A stretch of DNA of 64,000 nucleotides. It comes from Podarcis filfolensis. Lineage: Eukaryota. This document shows positions 22,601 to 33,680 of the stretch, piece after piece (position 1 is the first letter of the stretch; every line of letters begins with the position of its first letter). A program made the translations under genes and the position numbers. Below the pieces are notes generated by a model. The model saw nothing but the letters and a program-made list of their open reading frames with translations. It ran no database searches and was not told the DNA's origin. Where the stretch lies: assembly GCA_964270895.1 (NCBI GenBank), contig OZ185445.1; one strand, written 5' to 3'.

Positions 22601-25600
22601 ACCAGAGTAGATCCAGAAACCAAATATTTCATCCTAAATGGACAGTGGGTTCAGATCCCATTAAGTGAAGGCATCACTATAAATCCTGTCACTTCATATT
22701 GTTTTATATTGTAAAATTTGTTAACCATGGCAGATTTTTCCTGAAACACCAGTGTTCAATATAAGAAAACATCGCTCTTAAATTAGGAATGAGAAACTGT
22801 GGCCCTTTGTGTGTTATTATACTTGTAACTGCCATCAACCCTGTAGTCCAATAGCATCTAGAGTGCCACAGATTCCGCATCCCTAACTTAAATACATTTC
22901 AGCACAAAAATGTTGAAATCATTGCCTTGGTTTTCTTTCTCTCCCCCACCCCTCTTCTTGCAGGTGCTACAGTGCCCGCTCACAGAGCAGTCCTCGTGGC
23001 TCGCTGTGAGGTAATGGCGGCTATGTTCAACGGTAACTATGCAGAATCCAATAGTTTTCTGGTTCCAGTTTATGGCATTTCCAAAGACACTTTCTTGTCG
23101 TTTCTAGAGTATCTGTATACGGATTCCTGTTGTCCAGGTAAACAAATATTTAAGCTTTTTTTGTATATTCATATACTTCTGGTGCTCTGGTTGCTCCATT
23201 GGTGAAGGAAGAGGGAACAGAAGTAGATACCATCATATCATTTTTCTTCTACAGCTGAGCAAGGCTGCAATCCTGTGCAGACTTCACTGGAAGTACCGTA
23301 TTTTTCCGTGTATAAGACGCCCCCATGTATGAGATGCCCCCTATTTTGGGGGGCTCCAGATTAAGAAAACATTCCTCAGCACTATCTGTATAAGACGAAC
23401 CCCAATTGTAAACCTGATTTTTTGGTTAGAAGAACCTAGTCTTATACACAGAAAAATACAGTAAATTCCATTTAACACAATGGAACTTACTTCCAAGTAT
23501 ACTTGCATATACTCTGCACAGCTGTAATCCTAAGTATAGTTGTTACGAACTAAGTGGACTTGCTGCTGAGTACATTTTGCATAGCGTTGTAGCTTTTGAA
23601 TTTTCTGGTTCTTAACCTTGGATTTTTTTATATTGGGTGAAAATATTTCTGGGCATTCCTGGATTACATTTTAAAGGCTCAGTTCAGGCCAGCTTCAATA
23701 TGAGTGACTCCTAGTGTTACTCGGTCACTGCTCTTTTGTTGGAAGCTACAGGCAAAATCGTAATTGACTTTTCACACTCCCAGGAGTATGATGGTTTTTC
23801 TATTATCACTCCATGTTTTGTCCACAACAGTGTGGCATAGTTGTTGTATATGGGGGACAGTTGAACCTTAGCATACATTTACTTTGTGGTGGGCACCTTT
23901 TTATGATCTTTCCTTTTTTTATCAGTATTTCAATTATTGGTAAAGTGTTTTTCTAGCCCAAGAGAGAGAAGGGTTTAACATCATTATCACCAAAATGTTA
24001 TAATGTTAATCTATTATGGTGCTGTAATACTATAATACAATAATGTTAAATATGTTTTTAAGCTTTCTCCTCGTTTTAGCGACATGGTTAATGGTGGTGT
24101 GACCAGAAAGGGGTAGGGATTGTTTAAATCGTAAAAAAACACCATAGACTTATAGTACCGTGCCTCCCTTTCATTTTAAAAAACAGTCAGAAAAGTGTTC
24201 TAGTGATAATTAAGAGGTTGATTTTTTAAAAAGAAATGGGCCGTAAAATGGCACTCATTGCAAATTTTATAATAAATGCCTGCTGAGCTGTGATAGGTCC
24301 TCTTTCTTAGTATGTCACTGTCCACATTAAAAAAAAAAAAAACTTTAAAGAAGGCGGAATGGTAATGCAAAAGGCGTTTATTTTCACCTGGAGAGATTGT
24401 GCTGCTCTTCTGTTCCTCTGGAAAAAAAAAGACTTTCTGCGGTCTGAGAAAAGACAAAAGAACCACAGAGAAATATAAGATAGCAATAATTGAATGATGT
24501 CATCATGTTGGATGACTTGTAAAAAGTGAATGAGTGTAAAATCTGTACCCCCAATACAAATAGACAACCAAGTACACCGTTCAGAATTTTTTTGGCTCAG
24601 AGCTAATGAAAACAAATAAGAATAAAAGGCTGAAAATAAAAAACCTACAACATAGAATATAGATAGCTACACTTCAAAATCTCCACATTTCTCAAACCAC
24701 TAATATCCATGCGTCTCACTGTGAGAGGAATACCCAACCCGCAAATTTCTATCCAGCATTGTGCAAGTAGAAATTTGTGGGTTGATAATTTATATCCAAT
24801 CAATATGTGACATGCCAGGGAATTTCCTCTACCCACACTGCCCCATTCCCAGCTGACTCATTCCTCGCTTCAGATCTCATTAAATAGTTGTTTACCAGAC
24901 ACACCCAGCTGTGTACTCGGTCTCCCTGACCCCATTGTAAACAGACTGCAGACTAACAAAATACTTCCCTTTTTGTGTCAGAATCAACACTGAAATTGAG
25001 TTTCTACTAACTTCTATAAATTAACTTTTATTAATAATAATAATGGTTAACATACGTTCTCATAAAAAAACAACCACCCTCAAAAGAAATGTTTCAGGTT
25101 GGTTTCCTGTTAAATAGGGCATGTTAATGTGAATATTTTATGGTATGACCTTGAAAACTACTGGGTGTTGATTTGATAACTATATTGTAGATTGCAGTGG
25201 CAATCCCTAAAATTATATTCCCCCAAAGGGAAAAGAAACAGCACTTTAAAAGAAAGAAATCACATCTCTCTCTTTTTATTCATTTCACCCTCTTTTCTTT
25301 AGTTTCTTTCTGCCATTTGAGGAAGCAGGCACTAAAATATTCTGAAACTACAGCTATGCTGCTGTCTCTGTGTGTCATGGGGTTTCCCAGTTGGCAGCTA
25401 CAGGAAAAGAAAGGACCTTGTTGTACTCTTTGGGGTGGCCCTTTCTACAGCCAGCAACAGGAACTCCTTGATTATGCAGGACTCTGCAGCATGGGTCATA
25501 CCTTGCACTTAGTAAAATGTGTCTCCCAAGAGACATATTCACTATCCAGTTAAATACAAATAGTAGGATTTAAGTTTATTTAGTTCTATAGACGCCAGTG

Positions 25601-28600
25601 AGATTAAATCATACTTCATCTAAAGTAGATTGTGGACAAATCTCCCTTAGAACCACCCTTTATCTCAAGAAGGATGCTTTGTGATTGGTAAATGGAAGGG
25701 GACTCTTCTGATAGCTCTTGGCATAGCCATTTTGGACTCATAGCTAGTAAACTAGTTGATTATATGTAGAGGAAGAGCGGCTTAAAAATGACCACTGACC
25801 TATTTGAATTAGGGAGCATAGAAGAGCACCAGTAACAGACATGTAAGGGTTGCGTTCAAGTGGTCAGTAATCTAACTCGGGTTTGATATTCTTACCAGCC
25901 AGCATTCTGCAAGCTATGTCGCTCTTGATTTGTGCTGAGATGTACCAGGTATCAAGGCTCCAGCACATCTGTGAGCTGTATATCATCACACAGCTCCAGA
26001 GTATGCCTAGTAGGGAATTGGCATCAACAAGCCTGAGTGTTGTCAGCTTGCTTCGGAAAGCAAAGGTAAGTGCTAAGCATCAAATACATGCACATTTCCT
26101 TCAATCAATGCTTGAGTAAGGAAAAGGTTTCTCTCTGGCATTTTTTTTCTCTTGCCAGCGAAAGCTGCGGTGTTCCAAAGTATCATTTTTTATTTCATGG
26201 TTGCCATCTGGCAGTAAACAACAATAACAGCAACAAATTGCCAGGGCTGCTCCTGTCCCTTTAGCAATGGCTTGAAGAAATTAGCAGATTAGTCTTTTTC
26301 CAGAATTGAGCTAAGCATAGCATCTGTTAAATGGTCAGCTACAACAGTGAAGGAGGGACGCGGGTGGCACTGTGGGTTAAACCACAGAGCCTAGGACTTG
26401 CCGATCAGAAGGTCGGCGGTTCGAATCCCTGCGACGGGGTGAGCTCCCGTTGCTCGGTCCCTGCTCCTGCCAACCTAGCAGTTCGAAAGCACGTCAAAGT
26501 GCAAGTAGATAAATAGGTACCGCTCCGGCGGGAAGGTAAATGGTGTTTCCGTGTGCTGCTCTGGTTCGCCAGAAGCGGCTTAGTCATGCTGGCCACATGA
26601 TTCGGAAGCTGTACGCCGGCTCCCTTGGCCAATAAAGCGAGATGAGCGCCGCAACCCCAGAGTTGGCCACGACTTGACCTAATGGTCAGGGGTCCCTTTA
26701 CCTTTACCTTACAACAGTGAAAGAGCTATCAGGAAATGATACCCGCCTCAAATATGTGACCGGACGATCACTCCCGTTATGCTGGACCATTGGCCATGCT
26801 GACTGGGGCCAGTGGAAGTTAGAATGCACAACATCAGGAGCACCACAGGTCCACCATTCTTGTCATAAAGTGACCTATCGAAAGCCTCCACCCACTTCTA
26901 ACCTGGCCTATGATGTTCTCTTCACAAGTCTATGAGAATTGTTACCGTTTCTTCTACCTCAGAATTATCGAATGACTTGGTTTATTCTAAATCCTCTTGG
27001 TTTATTTGTTTTTCTTCTTGTTGTTAGGATAGGTTGTAATTTCTGTAAAGTGCAGGAAGAATGTATATATAGGTTGTGGCCAGTGTTAGTTGTACTCATA
27101 GTAGACCCATTATTACAATTAGTAGAGACAACTAACTTGGGTCCATTAACGGCAAAGTGTTTACTTTGAGTAGGACATAGTTGGATACAGCGCATTGTAA
27201 CAGGCACAATGAAGCATATGCATGTGTGCGTATAAAAGGCGGACACTGGAGTACTAAGCAGTTTCTATTAGCGTCACATAGACGGGGTAACTGAGTGTTC
27301 CAGTCACAGCAGAGAGATGACATTTCTAGATAAACGTCTACCCATTTTAGTTAATGCTTTTGCCAAAATGTGTTTTTCTATAATATTCGAGTACCTCTGT
27401 ATTTTATTTCGATTTCTTGCAGTTTCACAACTCTGATTGCCTTTCAAACTGGCTGCTTCATTTTATTGCTTCTAACTACTTAATCTTCAGTCAAAAACCT
27501 GAATTTGAAGACCTTTCGGGTAATTTACCAGTTTGCTTCCTAACCACCAAGAAGTTGATGTTTGGACTAATGCTAGGGTGGATTGGAGCAACTCAGTCAT
27601 GCTTAGAGTAGTCACATTGATCTCAGTAGGTGTACTCTAAGCATGATGAGGTCTGGATCCAGCTCATTATCAACATGAGTGCACACTGTCACTGATGTTA
27701 TTTTAGCAGTGATAGGATGATATCTTGCCCACCAACCTTTAAATCACCTAGAATCTGCCCTTCCAACTTTACTATGGAATTGATGGAGCTTTGTTAGACA
27801 AACAGGTAGTTTCATGAATGCATCAGGGGGACAACATATCTGTAATTGTTGATATGCCACACTGTGGACATTCATGACATAAAATTATGAAGAGGAATTA
27901 TGACGACTTAATTCAAGAAATTTACAGATGTAAAGAAAAATAGAGCTTGGTGCATAACTTGTTCATACAAACCTACCCCCCACTCACTTGTTACTTTATC
28001 AAGGGTACTACTGTAAACATTTGTGGTTCCAGCTTCATTTTACTCAAATAAGCATCCCAAGATGAGGGAAATAGAATGCTGAAAGTAGCATTTGTGAGAG
28101 GAGAAAGCTGAGAGTCGTGAAAATTTCCCTTCCAGCAAGGATCCAATGAAGGGGGAAAAAACCTTCAAGGAATTAGTACAGCAGGGAAAGCCTGGAACAG
28201 CCTCCAAGAACTTTGAGTCTGGAGGAAAATCAATCTATGCACTTTATTATCAGGTGCCAAGTTTTGCATCCAGAGGAGAAGGAAGGAAGCCCAGGTCTAG
28301 ATGGAAGATAGAAACCAAATTTGGAAGAGGCCTGTGTTGTCCACTATCTGCTTCCACACCCAAGCAAAGCAAATTACAATAGCTAGCTTTCTAAATGCTT
28401 TAAAATCCAGTTCCTTATATTACTTTATTTTTCATGAGAAACAAAATTATCTGGAACACCTATGACATTCTTATGTGAAACCCAAAAGTTCTGTAAGTCA
28501 GTATCTCATACCAGGAATAGCTGTATATGTAAAGACTTCCACAGCATATGGAACCCAGATTACACAGGGTTCCAGTTTGTGTGCAAGCCTTTGCGCTTAT

Positions 28601-29587
28601 AGTAGTACCTGTGAAGACTGCATCCCTGCAGATGCTTTAGCATGGTATGTGCAGTCATCAATGGGCAGGATTAGTGCACATGATATTGAGAGCAGGGCTA
28701 GTTGGCGCAACCCCATTCATGTGCTTGGAGATCACATAAGTAAAACTTCTGAGTAGGGATTTGGTGGTCCAGGCACTGTAAAATATGATCCTTTGGGTTC
28801 TAAAAGTTGTACAGAGTAGCACCGTTTGAATGTACATCCATTTTCTCTGCAGCCTTAAAAAGAGCCAGATTATATTGGTATGTCATAACTAGTATTGTAT
28901 CTAGAGAAATTAAGAAGGGCACTTTGAAGAATAACATGTAGTCATGGCTAAAACATTTTACCAATGGGTAAAAGAAAGCTTCCCTCCATAAGAGAGCTTT
29001 GGAAGCAAAAGCTAGGACAGCTTTATGGATTCCCTTGTCCTCTTTTTCTGCCGTGCCCTCAGAAGATCCTGGGCAGGATCTATCAACTTTTAGCAAGGAT
29101 CTGTGACCCCACTGATTGGCAGTGCCCCCTTCCCCTCAAAATTTATCATTTCCCTGTATTTCAGTTTATCTTCTATAGCAACAAAATATATTGATAATTC
29201 ATTTCTACGAAGTCCATTAAACATGGTGTTAGATTAAAATATGTCACATATCGTTTTCAAATCCGTAGTATGTTAGAATCTTTTTACCCTGTCTGTTTCC
29301 AACCCAAGTTGAGTGCAGAATGTATGAAACTGCAATTCAGATCTGGTACAAGGTAGAACTTTACAGATTTCTAGCTTAGAGAGAAAAAGCTTATGAAGTT
29401 GTTTAGAAATACCAAGCTGGACAGAGCAATCTTTTAACCTGATAAATACATTTCCCTTTTTCTCATTTTAGTGGAAGAACGCAATTTTGTCGAGATGCAT
29501 AGATGGCCTTCTAGTATGTACCTGAAACAGCTTGCAGAGTACAGGAACTACATTCATTCTCGAAAATGCCATTGCGTAGTAATGTAA
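908..29587 (+). CDS. RHOBTB3: Rho-related BTB domain-containing protein 3, whole gene (12 coding exons, 1839 nt, 612 aa)
   Basis: join(908-909,1126-1351,6211-6403,10291-10442,14308-14419,15446-15811,17081-17193,18255-18375,22964-23137,25899-26065,27423-27519,29472-29587). All introns are GT-AG, phases are compatible and the frame is uninterrupted. The translation aligns along its whole length with human RHOBTB3 as recalled (atypical Rho domain, two BTB domains, C-terminal CAAX). Confidence 0.97.
1126..1351 (+). CDS. RHOBTB3: RHOBTB3 exon 2 (SVHVVAFGNE...VVHDCPLW)
   Basis: Acceptor tttgtag, donor TGG|gtaaga, 226 nt; matches human SIHIVALGNE...VVHDCPVW. Confidence 0.95.
1469..1548. mobile_element. 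Short palindromic MITE-like repeat
   Basis: Inverted ends GCAATCCTAAT / ATTAGGATTGC and inner palindrome AAGTAAGTCCTATTGAATTCAGTGGGGCTTACT. Degraded relatives occur at ~6722-6810, ~23260-23520 and ~44520-44580. Confidence 0.6.
3307..3715 (+). mobile_element. Sauria SINE: 5'-truncated copy (3307-3365) followed by a full-length copy (3368-3715)
   Basis: tRNA-like head GGGATGCGGGTGGTGCTGTGGGTTAAA..., Sauria SINE body and GGTCCCTTTACC tail; co-linear with the copy at 26352. Confidence 0.9.
6211..6403 (+). CDS. RHOBTB3: RHOBTB3 exon 3 (DIFDSDWYTSRNLIG...AVGARQN)
   Basis: Acceptor ttttgtatag, donor AACG|gtatgt, 193 nt. Confidence 0.96.
6931..7100. mobile_element. Tc1/mariner-superfamily (Tc2-like) MITE
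   Basis: TA|CCGTTATTTTGCGC ... GCAAAAAATACGG|TA: terminal inverted repeats flanked by TA. Confidence 0.75.
9940..10054. mobile_element. Palindromic MITE-like repeat
   Basis: Ends GGGTGGTATTCA / TGAATACAACCC (11/12 inverted) with inner TACTCAGAGTAGACC arm. Relatives at ~9050-9160 and ~45058-45179. Confidence 0.65.
10291..10442 (+). CDS. RHOBTB3: RHOBTB3 exon 4 (EVPCTCPLCISDRGSC...KYFGGV)
   Basis: Acceptor ttttctcag, donor GTG|gtaagt, 152 nt. Too short for the ORF track; translated by hand. Confidence 0.96.
10586..10634. repeat. (TA)n microsatellite
   Basis: Direct reading. Confidence 0.98.
10660..10854 (+). mobile_element. tRNA-derived SINE (Squam3/MIR-like)
   Basis: A-box head GAGAGCCAGCATGGTGTAGTGGTTAA, core and ...GGGATATAAATG tail; same family as 48098-48294 and 57525-57720. 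Confidence 0.7.
11107..11350 (+). mobile_element. Tc1/mariner-superfamily MITE, subfamily A (244 bp)
   Basis: TA|CAGTGGTACCTCGGG ... CCCGAGGTACCACTG|TA. Strand is relative to the other copies. Confidence 0.92.
11486..11601 (+). mobile_element. Subfamily A MITE, internally deleted (116 bp)
   Basis: Same TIRs and TA flanks; the central ~110-130 bp are missing. Confidence 0.9.
14308..14419 (+). CDS. RHOBTB3: RHOBTB3 exon 5 (LEYFMIQSLNQK...PPQLDQP)
   Basis: Acceptor attttag, donor CCAG|gtataa, 112 nt. Confidence 0.95.
15446..15811 (+). CDS. RHOBTB3: RHOBTB3 exon 6 (EKMPILKGEASHY...LHFIYS; first BTB domain)
   Basis: Acceptor gttttag, donor TCAG|gtatcc, 366 nt; BTB motif ADVVFY...AHRIVLC. Confidence 0.96.
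17081..17193 (+). CDS. RHOBTB3: RHOBTB3 exon 7 (GAFQWELLEEHIKKKL...KIPGK)
   Basis: Acceptor ctccacag, donor AAG|gtaagc, 113 nt. Confidence 0.95.
18255..18375 (+). CDS. RHOBTB3: RHOBTB3 exon 8 (VNSSRNCRTY...LADVMFKIQ)
   Basis: Acceptor tttttcag, donor CAAG|gtatta, 121 nt. Confidence 0.94.
18555..18690 (-). mobile_element. CR1 LINE 3' end fragment
   Basis: CATAAGAAGAGCCTGCTGGATCAGGCCAATGGCCCATCTAGTCC is the reverse complement of a typical reptile CR1 3' terminus. Confidence 0.7.
18951..19191. mobile_element. Tc1/mariner-superfamily MITE, subfamily B-like, diverged
   Basis: TA|CAGTTGAACCACGG ... CCGAGGTTCCGCTG|TA. Confidence 0.8.
21582..22250 (+). mobile_element. 5'-truncated L1-clade LINE (ORF2 C-terminus, 3' UTR, poly-A)
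   Basis: Uninterrupted 97-codon frame 21582-21875 (...LLSAARNTITRHWRDL...DQWYQIVWETALLEKLT...FTPVWLPFITY...) resembling L1 ORF2 C-termini. AATAAA at 22224-22229, A-tail 22235-22251, direct repeat AAATAGCTGAGTGCACAA at 21564-21581 and 22249-22266. Confidence 0.88.
22964..23137 (+). CDS. RHOBTB3: RHOBTB3 exon 9 (GATVPAHRAVLVARCEVM...YTDSCCP; second BTB domain)
   Basis: Acceptor cttcttgcag, donor CCAG|gtaaac, 174 nt. Confidence 0.96.
23296..23461. mobile_element. Tc1/mariner-superfamily (Tc2-like) MITE
   Basis: TA|CCGTATTTTTCCGTGTATAAG ... CTTATACACAGAAAAATACAG|TA. Confidence 0.8.
25899..26065 (+). CDS. RHOBTB3: RHOBTB3 exon 10 (ASILQAMSLLICAEMY...LLRKAK)
   Basis: Acceptor cttaccag, donor AAG|gtaagt, 167 nt. 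Confidence 0.96.
26352..26709 (+). mobile_element. Full-length Sauria SINE with 12-bp TSD
   Basis: GGGACGCGGGTGGCACTGTGGGTTAAACC...GGTCCCTTTACCTTTACC; TACAACAGTGAA at 26340-26351 and 26710-26721. Confidence 0.95.
27423..27519 (+). CDS. RHOBTB3: RHOBTB3 exon 11 (FHNSDCLSNWLLHF...EFEDLS)
   Basis: Acceptor tttcttgcag, donor TCGG|gtaatt, 97 nt. Confidence 0.95.
29472..29587 (+). CDS. RHOBTB3: RHOBTB3 exon 12 coding part (VEERNFVEMHRWP...KCHCVVM*)
   Basis: Acceptor cattttag, TAA at 29585-29587; ends in CAAX motif CVVM (human CLVM). Confidence 0.96.
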
Positions 29588-32500
29588 ACTGAAAGCTGAT
29601 CCATCTTTAGTTATGAAGAGAAGAAAGTCAATTGCTTCAGGAATCGTACAATTTCACAAGTTTGAAAGCAAATGCTGAGCTTACATGCTGTGAAACGATG
29701 ATCTAATATTGCACTTGCTAATGAATAACTACTGTATTTTTTTAAAAGCATGTGAAACAAAATTTAGAAAAGCATAAGCATTTAACCAGGATGTTTCCCA
29801 ATTCTGCTGCTGGGTCTAATTTCCTTGTATAGAGACATCAATTCATGTCATATTATTTCAGGTTTTTAGTGGAGTTTAGACTTATTTAGAGCCTGGAAAT
29901 CTTGTCAGCCCATGATTGGGATTTTAAGAGTCTGAAGGAGATTCCAAATTCATTAAATGTTTGTAGGTTCTCTTTGTCTGGAAACTGTAGAACCTATTTT
30001 GTTTGCTAGTTACTCTGTTAAGGATTTCTGTAATTTATTTTTGGGCCTTTTAAGAATTTTGTAAAAACATAGAGTTTTATGTTTCTGCACTGGTAATTAG
30101 AAAAATGTACTTCCTGTTAGCATCATTAAATTCCTATGTTATGGTATAAAATACATCACTATCTTTCTAGAAAATAATCATTTATGTTTTCCCCTCACTG
30201 AATGGTCTAATATATCTAAAATAGTGCCATTTATTTGCTGGTCGTTATCCTGCAATGCAAAAGAAATGATCAAATAATAAGCATTATTCCACATTGTTTC
30301 TGGTGTGTGGAGAAAAACCAAAACATTGTCACAACCATGTAACGCTACTGCGTTTTTGCCAGCTCTTCCTGAGTAGATGACAAATTAAGTCCACATGAAT
30401 TTCTCCAGGAAAATTCTCCCTAAAGGGGGCATGTGACAGAAACACTTTTCAAAAGTACATTGCATTCGTAGCTTAGCCAAGGGCATGAAAATGCAAGGGT
30501 TGGAAATCTGCAAGGCAAAGCTTGTGGAGCAAGGTGACACTCAGCAGCCAGGTGTTAGTCTTTGAAAACCATGACCAGGGCTTGTTGCTTATACTTTGAT
30601 GTCCCAGAGGCTGCAAGGGAGAAGAAAAGAGCCAGCTGGACAGATCGGCTTTGGCCACTTTGGAGCTAGACATTGCAGATTCCAGGGGATCCAGGCATGC
30701 TGTTGCGCTCAGACTGCCACCCCAGTCTCCCAGTCACCAAAGTTTAATTCGCAAGCCTTGGCTTTTCTTTTTTACACATCTCCAGGCGTTTGATGCCCCA
30801 GCAAGATTCTCCTGTCCTTTGTCAGAGAGGCCCTGCATGTAGCCACCCTGCATCCAGTCTGCATGCCTGGACTGGCCAGGATCCAGAGGGCTGCATGCCC
30901 TATTGGAAAGCAGGAGCTGCCTCCCACTGGTTTTCAGTGGCATGTCCCTGCTGAGACTATTGTCTGCTTTTGTGTGCATATGAGGCTATATATATTTATA
31001 TGTGCCTGTATTTCCTCACCTATCCTCAACACCTGTGTGCACATCTAGAGACTACCACATTGTACCTTCCACATCCGCAAACATGTTGTAGGTGTAGGAT
31101 CCTGTTGATGTCACCAGAGATGAGATTTACACCAAGCATTCCTCCCTTACAGCCCACATGCATTTCAGTGGCCCTTGTAAATAGTGTTTTCTATTAGGTT
31201 TTTAACCTTTTTTAAAAAATTGAAGCATTTGTGGATCTCTTACTAGAAACTAATCTCCAGCAGTGTGGTTTTTATGGAGACCAATTAAAATACACACACA
31301 CACACACTTGCTGCATTTTGCAATACATTTTCCACAGGGCAAGCATGACAGTTTCCCTTCTAAATGAAATGTCTAATGATTTGCTAAGTATGCAAGCACA
31401 CGAAATAGGCTGTAATTCCTTACTTGCACTCTGTACTTGCATGCATTAGATACAACATTGCATCCTAAAAACAAGCACAGCAGCTCAAATGGATTCATTG
31501 TTGTGCTAAGGCGATAGTTTTGTCATTTTGGCTTGCCAGACAGAATGGTACCCCCTTCCTTTCCCTGTGTGCTGCTCCAGGGTTCTCACAAGTAAATTTT
31601 GAGGGCATGGAGTGGGAGGGAGGAGAAGAGGAAAAGCTCCATTGTGCAAGGCTTTTGTGTAGGATTTCCGCTAATGTGACTCAGTCATTGAATTCAGCCC
31701 GGGCTTGAACATGTTTAAAATTAAGATTTATTGTAAACAATTTCTTCAATTGAAAGAGGATAGCCACACATAGGAGTTTGCTATAGATGTGCATTCTGCA
31801 ATCCAAAAATTTATATATGTAAGTCCCTATTATGGCCTGCTATGGTGCAGCACTGTATACAGCAGTAATTGGATAGAACTGTGTGAGGAAAAAAGCAGAG
31901 CACTAGTATTACTGCAATATGGCAAGTATAGCAATTTAAGAAGCTTCCTGGAACTGAGGGGAACTATTTAGGGTTTTTTGGGCTTTTTAGGATTAGAAAC
32001 CACATACGGTGCACCTGTTTGTGTTCCCCGATGCTCATGCAGATGGTGTATGGCCCTAGCTGGATTAGGAAGAATTCATAGTTGAATCAGTTTAGAATTA
32101 GTATGAACATGTATGAATTAGTTTAGCTTGAAAATTAGCAAGCCATGCTTTGGTTTTAATATATAAATAAATCGAGAAACTCCTGGGTAGCTTGATCTGC
32201 TGAATGAACCACAAAAAGGCAGAAAAGCTTCCAGATTCCCTTACAGGCACATGCATTGTACCATAATCCCTGCTCAGATAGTCAAATCCTGCCCTCCCAT
32301 CTGCAAACACATGATAGCAACTTGTAACTTTCCTAAAGTTTCCTACAGTGGTTTCATGGGGCAATTGATGTAAGTCTATTTTAGAAGACAACTAGTAGAT
32401 TTCACATTTCTAATTATACAATTATTAATTAATAAGCAGGTATTGTAAGTAGCACTCAAGAGAGTTCACACTGAAGGGATTACTTCGATGTCTATTTTTA

Positions 32501-32769
32501 TTTAAATAATAATAATTTCTGATAACAGACTGTTATAATTTCTTAAAGTGAAATTATGAACATGGGCTAATGTCAAGCCAGCATGGAGATGTATAGAGAG
32601 CCAACCTTAAGATACAAGAATCTTTGTTGTAGTCTTGTCACATGGATGAGAGTGTTTGTAGCTCAAAGAAACACTTATTTTATTATGGCATGTGTTGGAT
32701 ATGTAATAATAATTTCACAGGTTAGCTGGTGCTTAAAATTTACAAGATTTTAAATTTAATATTTAACTC

Positions 32770-32775
32770 AATAAA
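32770..32775 (+). terminator. Candidate RHOBTB3 polyadenylation signal (would give a ~3.2 kb 3' UTR)
   Basis: AATAAA in an AU-rich context followed by GT/T-rich sequence. An ATTAAA at 30125-30130 is an alternative; sequence alone cannot decide. Confidence 0.4.
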
Positions 32776-33084
32776 ATGTTTCTACTAAGTGTTCATCTCA
32801 TGTGCTTATTTATCCATTAAATAGCTATAGTTCAAACTATACTCAGTGTGTATTTGATCATCTTTAGAAATGAAAAAAAAATCAGTTTCATGCTAGATGA
32901 AGTCTAACATATTCCACAGTAAATTTGTATTATATCGATACTTCATTGTACCGCATACTAGGAGTGTGCACTGGATTAAAACAAAACTTCCAAGACAATC
33001 CACTCACCTCAGAAGGATAAAGGTCTTAACCAAAGCAAAATGGATAGCCTCACCTGACCCAGATGTGTCATATAAATTACTTGC

Positions 33085-33680
33085 CAGCCGTACTTGCTCT
33101 GGTAACTTCCAGATTGGATTACTGCAATGTGCTTTACATGGGGCTGCCCTTGAAGGCAATTCAGAAACTTCCAGGGTCCAAAATGCAGCAGCCTGATGAC
33201 TATCTGGGATTCCATTTAGAATTCATATAATCCTTATTTTAAAATGACCGCACTGGTCGCCAGTTTGTTTCTGGGCCTAATTCAACACACTCACATTGGT
33301 GTTTAAAGTCATAAATGACCCAAATATCTGAAAGACCGCCTCCATTCCTACAGATCCTCTTGAGTGTTAAGATTGGCAGTTTCACCAACCTCAGAAGTAG
33401 AGACAATGCCAATGCAGGAAAGGGCCTTCTCAGTGGCAGCCCCTAAATTGCAGAACTTGCTCCCTGCAGAGGTGCACTGAACACCATAATTATTCAGTTT
33501 TCACTGTGCTAAAGACATACCTATACCTTTGACAGTTTAAAGTATTTTTGTGGGACCAATCATGTATACTTGCTGCATCGAGAATTGTTTTACTTCCCAT
33601 TTTTTTATAATTTACAAACTGTTTCATGGTTTTCAACTGTTTCAAATGTTGTAACCTGCCTTGGGACCTTATGGTTTGTA
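33085..33680 (+). mobile_element. Degraded L2 LINE 3' part
   Basis: TTCCAGATTGGATTACTGCAATGTGCTTTACATGGGGCTGCCCTTGAAG...CAAAATGCAGCAGCC (RLDYCN..LPL...QNAAA-like motif, frameshifted) and AGGGCCTTCTCAGTGGCAGCCCC, matching the younger L2 at 45933. Confidence 0.75.

Noticed and set aside
28098-28382. 95-codon open frame in RHOBTB3 intron 11
   Set aside because: No polypyrimidine acceptor or recognisable homology; exons 11 and 12 already join in frame.
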